Of a DNA stretch of 33,448 nucleotides, positions 1 through 8,335 are shown in pieces. The notes beneath the pieces are model-generated. The model saw nothing but the letters and a program-made list of their open reading frames with translations. It was not told where the DNA came from and did no database searches. The position numbers and the translations under genes were made by a program. Position 1 is the stretch's first letter; each line of letters opens with the position of its first letter. Source of the stretch: Polyangiaceae bacterium (GTDB lineage: Bacteria; Myxococcota_A; Polyangia; Polyangiales; Polyangiaceae); contig JANRKO010000014.1 of NCBI GenBank assembly GCA_033763455.1, forward strand, positions 1 to 33,448. Direction: 5' to 3'.

Positions 1-82
1 AATATGGTTTTACGCCTAGTCCCGACGAACGCATTTCTTCCAAAATCCGTTGCCGCTCCTCATTCGTGTACTCTTTTCGCAT
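1..82 (-). CDS. IS66 accessory protein TnpA-like HTH protein, N-terminal fragment cut by the window edge
   Basis: ATG at 82-80 gives MRKEYTNEERQRILEEMRSSGLGVKPY..., a transposase-type HTH start (YTxEER...SGL). It is not in the ORF track. Confidence 0.65.
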   Translation of the reverse strand, partial: MRKEYTNEERQRILEEMRSSGLGVKPY

Positions 83-141
83 CCCTCACGGTTGCCACAT
101 CGAACTGGCCTTCCGAAAGGTGGGCTACACGCATCGGATAC
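1..141 (-). mobile_element. Left end of an IS66-family insertion sequence (continues beyond the window start)
   Basis: The minus strand from 141 reads GTATCCGATGCGTGTAGCCCACCTTT, resembling IS66 terminal inverted repeats (GTA(A/T)(G/C)CG...CCCACCTT). It is followed 59 nt inward by an ORF with a TnpA-like HTH start, and host metalloprotease homology begins exactly after position 141. Confidence 0.7.
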
Positions 142-1073
142 AAAACATTGCACACGAGCTTGGGCATGCCCTGGGGCTCAATCACTCAGGCAAAGCCGAA
201 GCATTAATGTATCCCTGGGGAGGGCACATTAAGCCTCTCGATATTGATGATAAGGTTGCCGTCAGCGCCCTGTATGACACTTGGCGTACGGTGCCAACTG
301 GAAACACACGTGACGTGGCGGTAGGACGTGAAAAAGGATCGCCGGTTGGCGCCGACGGATTGGCGTGGATGGTTGGCGGAACATACGGGAACAACGTTTT
401 TAAGCAAAAAACCGATGGTTCAGGCTGGGTCCCGGACCCTTGGGCTCCGAAAGCCTCGCGTATCGCGCTCAACGGGTACAGACCGTACATCGTGACTTAT
501 GGGACAGGCGAGGTGCAGCGCCGAAACTCGGGTGACCCCACCATCAACAGCGGGTGGAGCAACTTCGGGGGTTGCGCAACAGACGTTGGAGCTAGCCCGG
601 CAGCTATTTGGATCATCGGTTGCGACATCGACACCTACGGAAATGGCAGCATCTGGGCGCTGGGCGCCAGCGGGTGGATTCCGGATGCCGCTGGCGGTCG
701 AGCGGCTCGAATTGCTGTAGACTCCGCCGGCGCACCCTGGGTTGTGAGCTCGAGATTGTCAGGAGGAAAGGTGTTCAGGCGGACCTCATCAGATGTAATG
801 TCGGGTGCTTGGCAATGGCTCGATGCCTGCGCAGTTGACATAGGAATCTACGAACCCGGTTACGCTTGGGTCCTCGGCTGCGACAAAGATAGCATGGGGA
901 ATTACGGAGTCTACGCTAGAAATGACAACTCCTACATTGGCGATGGCATTACCCCCGAGCTCCACAGGTGGGTGCGGATGAGCACCGGCGGTGGCGTCAA
1001 CATTGCAGTGGGCCCCAATTCCAAACCTTGGGTCACCACTTTCGGTCAGAGCGTCATGACAACGGTTAGGTGA
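142..1073 (+). pseudogene. 3' part of a matrixin-family (M10-like) metzincin with a C-terminal tectonin-like beta-propeller; 5' part separated by the IS
   Basis: HELGHALGLNH zinc motif (153-185) and Met-turn ALMYP, then repeated blades (GCATDVGAS..IWIIGC, RIAVDSAGAPWVV, CAVDIGI..AWVLGC, NIAVGPNSKPWV). There is no signal peptide or prodomain, and the sequence upstream of 142 is IS-derived. Confidence 0.75.
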
Positions 1074-2239
1074 GCGGAGCAGCGGGCTACGCCGTGGGTA
1101 AGAGAGTCTTCCGCCCCGGTGGCTCCTTCACCCATTTGGCTGTGCTTTTAACTGTCGCCTGCTCTAACCCGACCAGCCACGCAGAGGGGAGCCGTCAAGC
1201 CTCGGAGAAGATCGTCTATGGCACCGATGATCGAAAGGAGTTCTATGAAGTGGAAGATCGAGGCCTCCAACTTACGGCCCAAGCGGCGGTGGCTTTCGTT
1301 CTGAATTCCAGCGTGCGCCCCGGAACTGACCCGCCGTTTGTCTCCCCCACCTACGGAGAGGCCTCACAGTTGTGCGCAGGTGTAGCGTTCGAGGCTCAAC
1401 CGTCCGCAGCATTCTGCTCCGGCGTTCTAGTTGACTTCGATCTGGTCTTGACCGCAGGTCATTGCCTACGCCTCTTTCCGCTGAGTCAAATCCGAATAGT
1501 CAGCCACTACTACTACACAGCACCTGGCACCCTAGAAATTCAGGCCTCCAACGTCTTTCGTGTGAAGAAGATTGTTGCGGAAGCGCTGGACCCGGAGGGC
1601 GGCATCCCGCGACTCGATTTCGCATGGGTTCGTCTGGATCACCCCGTGCCACATTCCACGCCCGTGCCTATCTTTAAGCAACCGCCACCCCTCACCGCCG
1701 GCACTCCACTTGTGGCCGTTAGCGCTCCTGGCGGAATACCGTTCAAGATCGACGCTGGGGGCCAGGTTCAGGATCCCCGCTCACAACTCCTCGACTACTT
1801 CGTAGCTGACACCGACACAGCCCACGGGGCTTCCGGGGCGGGAGCCTTTTCGGCCGGCGGAGGGCTCGTGGGGATCCTGGCTCGCGGAGGAGAGGACTTC
1901 GTAAGTACGCCCGCCGGCTGCAACGCAACAAACGTGCAGCCTAGCGGGGGGCCCGCCGGGGAGCAATTCACGTACGCGCACCGGGCTGTGGATGGTCTCT
2001 GCCAATCGGATCCAAGTGCGTCGTCACTGTGTCGTGCGGACTGTGCGGAGCCCTGCGCAGCGCTGCCTGCCCAACCCTCTACGCACACTGATCATTGCGC
2101 GGTGAGTTCCCTGGGTTCGCCGTCGCCCCGGCGGGGCTGGGTGGAGCTCTTCGTCGTTGCCGCTGGATTCGCCGCACGGCGGCGCGGATCAGGATCAAGA
2201 TTGCCGTGGCGCCAACCTGCGGCGTGCATCGAAGCCTAA
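1070..2239 (+). CDS. Trypsin-like (S1) serine protease, probable lipoprotein with a MYXO-CTERM-like tail
   Basis: IVYGTDDR mature N-terminus, CSGVLV..LTAGHC (His), DFAWVRL (Asp), GASGAG (Ser). Lipobox-like LTVAC. C-terminal CAV-Ser/Pro/Gly linker-hydrophobic-RRR. GTGA overlap with the upstream gene. Confidence 0.85.
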   Translation: MSGAAGYAVGKRVFRPGGSFTHLAVLLTVACSNPTSHAEGSRQASEKIVYGTDDRKEFYEVEDRGLQLTAQAAVAFVLNSSVRPGTDPPFVSPTYGEASQLCAGVAFEAQPSAAFCSGVLVDFDLVLTAGHCLRLFPLSQIRIVSHYYYTAPGTLEIQASNVFRVKKIVAEALDPEGGIPRLDFAWVRLDHPVPHSTPVPIFKQPPPLTAGTPLVAVSAPGGIPFKIDAGGQVQDPRSQLLDYFVADTDTAHGASGAGAFSAGGGLVGILARGGEDFVSTPAGCNATNVQPSGGPAGEQFTYAHRAVDGLCQSDPSASSLCRADCAEPCAALPAQPSTHTDHCAVSSLGSPSPRRGWVELFVVAAGFAARRRGSGSRLPWRQPAACIEA

Positions 2240-3498
2240 AAGCTCACTTGTCCCTGCAAGGTGGCTAAGAGATCTGTGTAGGTAACGGGCCTCAGGGTTT
2301 GGTTATTGCCGCGATTCTCTTGCTGAAGCTCGCGGTAACCCGCGTCAAGTTTAAGGTTGAAGCGGTGCTGATCCACGAAGTAATTCACTCCTACATGAGT
2401 GGCCAAGGAGGCGTGGGGGCGCGTGGTAATCGGCGCCGTTCGGTCGCTCTTTGCCCGCAGGTATTCGACGTACACCAAAGGCTCCACGGCGTGGTACCGG
2501 AAGCCGAGCTCACCGAACGCGGTGATCCCCCCAGTCTCGAGCGCAGTGGACTCTTCAATCCGCGACCAGCCCTCGCTAAAGCGAGCGAAGGCAACCTTTG
2601 CCAGAAGCTCGTGGTCCTTTGAAAATGGGTACTCAACGAAGGCGTCAACGTTTATTCCGTAGTATCTTCCTGGAGCCTTATTGAGCTTCAGCACCGCCTG
2701 CGATTGGTAGTCCCCACCAACGCCAATCGAAACTATGGGCGCAGACGCAAAGTAGATGCCCTTGAAGAAAAAATCCGGTTCGGATCCTAGGAGATTCGCG
2801 CGCAATTGCCCCGTAATTCGAGGCTGCCCTTTCGTGTTTACGTTGGGGTAAGATGCCCCCACGGGCTCCACGGGAGCCTCCAAAGCGGCGCCATTGCGAA
2901 CGCCTTCAAAGATGCCCACGCGATACAGAAGACGCCCTTCGATCAATCCGCGGAGCTGGACTCCAACATCCCGGAAGTGCTTCCCCGTAGGGAAACGCAC
3001 CATATCATCGTGGTAGTCGAGCGTGTTGAGAGAGGCCGCACCTTCCAGAGTTTGGTGCGAGAACGGAAGTAGCATCATGCCAGCATCAACCTTAGCTTCC
3101 GGCCCTAGCTCGTAACTTAGGAACGCATCCTGTACGTAGAACGGCGAAGAGAACCCACTTCCGGCGCCCTGAAAGCTACCCGCCTTGCCCCAATTGGGCT
3201 GGTCCGTATCCAGAAAGAAACTGAGCTCTTTGGAGATGTTGCCCGACACCACAAGCCTCACCCGCCGCAAGTACGTATCAACGGAGGCGCGCTCCGATTT
3301 CCCATCCGGGCCCGACGGCGCGCCTATCCCCTGCGTCCCCTGTTTTTTTCCATTGGGTGACGTCACGGTAAGCCAAGGTTGAATCAGGACCCCGATGCTC
3401 AGGGCAGCACCCTTATCCTTGTCGGAGTACACCTCAACGGCCGCTGCGCGCGCAGTGACCGCCAAACCTAAAGCTGCGCTCGTTAGCGCCAGTCTCAT
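2236..3498 (-). CDS. Outer-membrane porin (OprO/OprP / short-chain-amide porin-like)
   Basis: Signal peptide MRLALTSAALGLAVTARA-A from ATG 3498; YLRRVRLVVSG..FFLDTD, VQDAFLSY, VDAGMMLLPFS and RDVGVQLRG motifs; amphipathic strands; C-terminal QGQVSF with terminal Phe. Confidence 0.8.
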   Translation of the reverse strand: MRLALTSAALGLAVTARAAAVEVYSDKDKGAALSIGVLIQPWLTVTSPNGKKQGTQGIGAPSGPDGKSERASVDTYLRRVRLVVSGNISKELSFFLDTDQPNWGKAGSFQGAGSGFSSPFYVQDAFLSYELGPEAKVDAGMMLLPFSHQTLEGAASLNTLDYHDDMVRFPTGKHFRDVGVQLRGLIEGRLLYRVGIFEGVRNGAALEAPVEPVGASYPNVNTKGQPRITGQLRANLLGSEPDFFFKGIYFASAPIVSIGVGGDYQSQAVLKLNKAPGRYYGINVDAFVEYPFSKDHELLAKVAFARFSEGWSRIEESTALETGGITAFGELGFRYHAVEPLVYVEYLRAKSDRTAPITTRPHASLATHVGVNYFVDQHRFNLKLDAGYRELQQENRGNNQTLRPVTYTDLLATLQGQVSF

Positions 3499-3680
3499 TT
3501 CCAAGATTCGCCTCGCTCGGTGGTAGCCTGCAGCCCTACACCGTTCGGCCACCATCTGTCGACACTGCTGTGCCCATTGTCGAGACTGGGCCAGACAAAA
3601 AACTCACCGGGGCGTTCGACAGGAGGCGGGTCCGTGAGCTATTAGAAGCGTATTCCGAAGCATCGCCAGGATCCGTCTTC

Positions 3681-4913
3681 ATGATGCGCAACAATCTTCG
3701 CCTTTCACTGCAGCAGAGCCCTTTTGCGACCTTTCTTCCCGCCCTAGCCCTGGGCGGGTGCCTGCCTGCCGCCCCTGATTACGGCTATTCGCAGCAAGCA
3801 AGTACAACCGCCCCGCAGACGTCGGTTGTCGTGCCCGCGAGCCCTGCGGGAGGCACCGTGGAGGGCACCGTTGCAGCGGGTGTTCGTTGGCGGGGCAGAG
3901 TAGATCTGACCACGGACCCTGCGAATCCATACTTTGGTTGGACGGCCTCAGGGTTCGACGCCAAGTTCACGGGCACTTCTATCGGTGTGAAGCTCAACAC
4001 GACGGACCCGAATGCGAAGTGTCAGGCCGATCCGTGTGGCCTCTTTTTTCAGGCGGTCGTGGATGGCAAGCCGCTAGAGCGCATGAAGGCGACACCGGGT
4101 GTGGCAGTTATGGAAATAGCCTCCGGACTGACTGATGGCCCCCACACTCTTGAGTTTTACCGAGAAACAGAGTCGCCGCTCGGGAAATCACAATTCCTCG
4201 GCATAACGGGAGGAACATTGCTGCCCCCGCCCACGTATTCCGGACGCCTGGTGGAGTTCGTGGCAGATTCGATCACCAACGGCTTCGGCGAGCTGGGCAT
4301 GGAGGATTACTCAGACCCTAAAAATGTCATCACCTGCCCCTTCACCCTGGACACACAGGCAGGTTACCTAACCTACGCAGCTAAGGTTGCGCGCGCGCTA
4401 AACGCCGATGCGAGCATAGTGGCACTGAGCGGCTGGGGCCTTTATCGTGGCCTTTCGCTCGACGGCGGTGACGGGCTAAATTTCGTCGTCCCCAACGAAT
4501 ACGAAGATTCCCTCTTTTATCTCGACCCTCAACCAAAGTGGGACTTTCGAGTGAAAGCCAACGCGGTTGTTATCAACTTGGGCACCAACGACGTTGCCAT
4601 GGGGGACCCGGGCCCGAAGTTCACCGAAGCACTTCAGAACTTGGTGGATAAGATCCGAAGCAAAAATCCGGATGCTTGGATCTTCCCGGTGACCGGCACC
4701 ATGCTGAACGGGCAGGGCTTGGACTGGGTGAGGGGCTACTTCAAGGACTTCGTGGACTCCAAAGGAGGAGACGCCGCTCGAATGACCTTCGTGGACATGG
4801 GGAGCCAAGACCTGACACTCGGCAGCGGCTGCATCACCCACCCCAGCGAAAAAGAGCACCAACGTATGGTGGAAGTGCTCTACCCCGTGATGAAGGAAAA
4901 GCTCGGCTGGTAA
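3681..4913 (+). CDS. SGNH hydrolase, carbohydrate esterase family 2-like (acetylxylan esterase), probable lipoprotein
   Basis: CE2 N-domain (VRWRGRV..WTASGF..FTGT, HTLEFYRETE), block I EFVADSITNGFG, block II SGWGL, block III INLGTND, block V HPS; lipobox LALGGC. Start chosen at ATG 3681 (the ORF track starts at 3570). Confidence 0.8.
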   Translation: MMRNNLRLSLQQSPFATFLPALALGGCLPAAPDYGYSQQASTTAPQTSVVVPASPAGGTVEGTVAAGVRWRGRVDLTTDPANPYFGWTASGFDAKFTGTSIGVKLNTTDPNAKCQADPCGLFFQAVVDGKPLERMKATPGVAVMEIASGLTDGPHTLEFYRETESPLGKSQFLGITGGTLLPPPTYSGRLVEFVADSITNGFGELGMEDYSDPKNVITCPFTLDTQAGYLTYAAKVARALNADASIVALSGWGLYRGLSLDGGDGLNFVVPNEYEDSLFYLDPQPKWDFRVKANAVVINLGTNDVAMGDPGPKFTEALQNLVDKIRSKNPDAWIFPVTGTMLNGQGLDWVRGYFKDFVDSKGGDAARMTFVDMGSQDLTLGSGCITHPSEKEHQRMVEVLYPVMKEKLGW

Positions 4914-5003
4914 GCACGGCGTAGGTAGTCGGTTGCCTCGCTTTTCGTGCTTTCTCTCCGCGAGATTGACTTGTTTTTCTCGGTTGGCAGATAACCGCCA
5001 GCC

Positions 5004-5282
5004 ATGGCACCTGCCCCCACCCCTTCGTCGCCCACGCGTATCCAGCGCAATGCCCGTTATGGGCTCATCTTGTTTGTTGTGTACCTAGCCTTATATGCCG
5101 GCTTCATGGCTGTGAGCGTGCTCGGGCCTAGGGAGATGGCTGTGCCCGTACTGTTCGGCATGAACCTTGCGATTGTGTACGGGTTCGTCCTGATCGTAGC
5201 CGCGCTCGTACTCGCGCTGGTTTACATGGCGCTCTGCAGCCGCCCAATGCCTGAAGCTTCCAGCGAAGAGAGCCAGCAATGA
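5004..5282 (+). CDS. DUF485 (YjcH-like) small membrane partner of ActP
   Basis: RNARYGLILFVVYLALYAGF..MNLAIVYGF..LVYM with two TM helices; ATGA overlap with actP. Confidence 0.85.
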   Translation: MAPAPTPSSPTRIQRNARYGLILFVVYLALYAGFMAVSVLGPREMAVPVLFGMNLAIVYGFVLIVAALVLALVYMALCSRPMPEASSEESQQ

Positions 5283-7198
5283 TCTACCATAGCTCCAGCA
5301 TCGCCATCGGCATCTTCGTCACCTTTGTGGGCCTCGTGTTGGGGCTTAGCTTCTACCTCGGGCGCAAGGCGAAATCAGCACAAGGCTATTACACGGCCCA
5401 CGGTGAGATCCATTGGTTCGTCAACGGCGTGGCGTTTGCCGGGGATTACCTCTCCGCGGCCTCCTTTCTTGGGATCTGCGGCATGATCGCCTTCTACGGC
5501 TATGACGGATTCCTTTACTCCATTGGGTATTTGGCGGGCTGGGTGGTGGCACTCTTCGTGGTGGCCGAGCCGCTGAAGCGCCTCGGCAAGTTCACCTTCG
5601 CAGATGCACTCGATAAGCAATTCAACTCTCGCGGAATTAAGCTCACCGCAGCCATCAGCACGCTTGTTGTCAGCATTTTTTACCTCATTCCGCAGATGGT
5701 AGGTGCGGGCGCTCTGGTGAAGCCTCTGCTCGGGTTCACGCATGTGCAGGGCGTGCTCTTAGTCGGTGTCGTCGTGGTCACCATTGTGGTCACGGCGGGA
5801 ATGGTATCTACGACGTGGGTGCAATTTATCAAAGGCTCGCTCCTAGTGCTCTTCTGTGGGGTGCTGGTCGCCATGATTTTGGGTCGCGGCCTGAGTACGC
5901 ACACGGGGCACAACTTCCGAACGCTCCGCGCCGACGCCTTTGCGGATGACCCCGAAGTCATGATTCTTCCCGCAACTGGCCCCTGGAAGGACAAGCCGTT
6001 CGTCCGCGTTCAAAACAAAGCATCGGGTCGAGTGTCCGTGTGGCGCAAAGACAAAGGCGGCCTCACCGAAACCCAAACGGTGACGGAGGTGGAAGATCTT
6101 ACCACCCACACAAAGAAGAAGCTTGTGAATGGCTTGCCGCAAGGTGAAGGGCCCGGCCAAGCAACCCTGCTCCCGGTGGGGACCATCTCGAAGCTTCCCG
6201 GCGGAAAAACGGAAACAGGCTCACTTTCCGTTCCGGAGTTTTTCAGTACCCTCTCGGAGAGCGAAATTGTGCTCTGGGGGAACGACAAAATCACTGAAAA
6301 AACGGGGGCCAGAACCGTGCAAACGACTGTCTATTACCAGAAGCTCACACCGGGCAAAGACGTCTTGGTGCCGGGAATGAGCCCCACTTTCAGCGGCCTG
6401 CAGAAGGACGCATTTTACCCCAAGCTGGATTTTCTTTCGCTCATGCTCGCGCTCTTCTGCGGCACAGCTTCGCTCCCCCACATCTTGATCCGCTACTACA
6501 CGGTGAAAGATGAATCCGCGGTGCGCAAGAGCACGGTGGTAGGCATCGCGAGCATCGGTTTTTTCTACGTGCTCACGCTATTTTTGGGCTTGGGCGCCAT
6601 GACGGGTGGAACTCTCGATGTTACCAACACCAATATGGCAGCACCGTTGCTCGCCAGGAGCTTCGGAGAAATCCCGTTCGCTATCATCTCCGCGATTGCC
6701 TTCACCACCGTGCTCGGCACCGTAAGTGGGCTCATCATGGCCGCTAGTGGTGCCGTTGCGCACGACATCTTGACGAACTTCTTTCAGCTCGACATGGCGG
6801 ACCACAATAAGGTGCGCGCTGGCAAATGGGTAGCCGTGTTGGTGGGCATCATCGCTATGGTTTTGGGCGTTTTGTTCGAGAAAATGAACGTCAGCTTCCT
6901 CGTGGGCTGGGCCTTTAACGTTGCGGCCTCCGCGAATCTGCCGGCCCTGGTGATGTTGCTATTCTGGAAGCGCACCACCAAACAAGGCATCACCTGGGCG
7001 ATTGTGGTGGGCATGGTTTCTTCGCTCGCTTGGATCCTCCTCTCGGGAGAAACGTACAAGAACGTGTACGGTCTCGATCCGGCGCTCTCACTCGTGAAGT
7101 TCAGCCAACCTGCCATTGTTACTATCCCGCTGGGGTTCTTGACGCTGGTGGTGGCATCGCTTTTGACGCGACCGGCAAACAAGCCCGCCGTCGCGTAA
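5279..7198 (+). CDS. actP: Cation/acetate symporter ActP (sodium:solute symporter family)
   Basis: NGVAFAGDYLSAASFLG, YLIPQMVGAG, TTWVQFIKG, GTASLPHILIRYYTV, AIAFTTVLGTVSGL, AASANLP; paired with DUF485. Confidence 0.88.
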   Translation: MIYHSSSIAIGIFVTFVGLVLGLSFYLGRKAKSAQGYYTAHGEIHWFVNGVAFAGDYLSAASFLGICGMIAFYGYDGFLYSIGYLAGWVVALFVVAEPLKRLGKFTFADALDKQFNSRGIKLTAAISTLVVSIFYLIPQMVGAGALVKPLLGFTHVQGVLLVGVVVVTIVVTAGMVSTTWVQFIKGSLLVLFCGVLVAMILGRGLSTHTGHNFRTLRADAFADDPEVMILPATGPWKDKPFVRVQNKASGRVSVWRKDKGGLTETQTVTEVEDLTTHTKKKLVNGLPQGEGPGQATLLPVGTISKLPGGKTETGSLSVPEFFSTLSESEIVLWGNDKITEKTGARTVQTTVYYQKLTPGKDVLVPGMSPTFSGLQKDAFYPKLDFLSLMLALFCGTASLPHILIRYYTVKDESAVRKSTVVGIASIGFFYVLTLFLGLGAMTGGTLDVTNTNMAAPLLARSFGEIPFAIISAIAFTTVLGTVSGLIMAASGAVAHDILTNFFQLDMADHNKVRAGKWVAVLVGIIAMVLGVLFEKMNVSFLVGWAFNVAASANLPALVMLLFWKRTTKQGITWAIVVGMVSSLAWILLSGETYKNVYGLDPALSLVKFSQPAIVTIPLGFLTLVVASLLTRPANKPAVA

Positions 7199-7251
7199 TG
7201 GGAACGCTAAGCAGAGCTCGGCGCTAGACTCACGCGAGTGTTATCGCTCGT

Positions 7252-8334
7252 TCAGCTTGCTCCCAGAAAGCCAAGAGCCGCCAACTCTTCGGCTACCTGC
7301 GCGCTCAGCCTTCCCTGCCCCATCCAGGCATGAAGCCGTGGGTTAGTCGTGATGAGCTTCGTCACGCGCAGGTAGGCGGGCAGGTACACCTCTTCTCGCC
7401 CCCACCCGCCGCCTCTAAATACCCGACACGCCACTTCCACGCGCCGCCTCGCCGAAAGCCCTTTTTCGCCCAAATGGCGCACAATTTCCACCCAATCAGC
7501 ACCCTTTCTGAGCTCATTCACAGCCAGATGGCGCGCTCCGAGCTCTTGGCGCCGCTCGGCATCGAGAAAACCATGGGTGGCCTCCAGCCACAATGCGCGC
7601 CCTTCTTGATCTTCAAAGCCACCCGCCGACCCAAAAGTTAACAGCGGAATGCCCGACTCTTGAGCCCGCTGCCGAGGCAGCGCGTGCCCCACAATCTCGT
7701 GTACCACCACCCGCTCAGCCACGCTCCTAGTTAACATCGCTCCCGCTCGCACAGCCACCACTTGTTCACCCACGGCCGCCAAGCTGGCAAGCTCACGGCT
7801 GAAGACCATTCGAAATGGCAGCTTCCTTTGCCCAATTTCCGCAAGCATGAGCGAGCCCAAGCTATCTTTATCTTGAAGATCGTCGCTCGTGTGTTCGGGT
7901 TCGTTTTGTCTCTCAGCTGGCATTCGAGCTGCCACCCATTCTTCTGCCAAGGCCAGTGCAGCCGCTGACAAAGCGGGCTCACCAACCCCGAACCTTTCCC
8001 GAGCCAACCGGGCAAAGGCCGGGGTTCCGAGGGCCTCGGCCATGTTTGCCTCCAGCAGCAACTCCCGAGCGCGTGCCCGATGCCAACGCCGCCAAGGATT
8101 TTCGACGTCTTCGGCGGAAACCAGGGCTTTTAGGGCCGAAACTAGCTCGTGGGGCAGCGGAGGCACGGCCCCGTACTCAAAGCGAGGGGGCCGCAAGGTA
8201 CCCTTCTGGCACGCGACCACGAGCGCTTCGCATTCGTCCCGAAAATTCTTGGGGCTTACGCGCCGAAGCAGCGAAATGCTCCGCTCAGCCAACTGCAAGA
8301 AGCGCCCGACAGCTTCGTCCCGAGCGCCACTCAT
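7252..8334 (-). CDS. DUF1704 / QEGLA-motif (MATCAP-like) zinc metallopeptidase
   Basis: HEIVGH (HExxxH) followed by QEGRA, and RVFRGG..REEVYL. ATG 8334 lies 1 nt after the phoH-like stop. Confidence 0.75.
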   Translation of the reverse strand: MSGARDEAVGRFLQLAERSISLLRRVSPKNFRDECEALVVACQKGTLRPPRFEYGAVPPLPHELVSALKALVSAEDVENPWRRWHRARARELLLEANMAEALGTPAFARLARERFGVGEPALSAAALALAEEWVAARMPAERQNEPEHTSDDLQDKDSLGSLMLAEIGQRKLPFRMVFSRELASLAAVGEQVVAVRAGAMLTRSVAERVVVHEIVGHALPRQRAQESGIPLLTFGSAGGFEDQEGRALWLEATHGFLDAERRQELGARHLAVNELRKGADWVEIVRHLGEKGLSARRRVEVACRVFRGGGWGREEVYLPAYLRVTKLITTNPRLHAWMGQGRLSAQVAEELAALGFLGAS

Positions 8335-8335
8335 C

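Noticed and set aside
66..141. GTG start at 66 for the metalloprotease, as in the ORF track
   Set aside because: This stretch is better explained as the antisense of an IS66-like end and shows no protease-like features.
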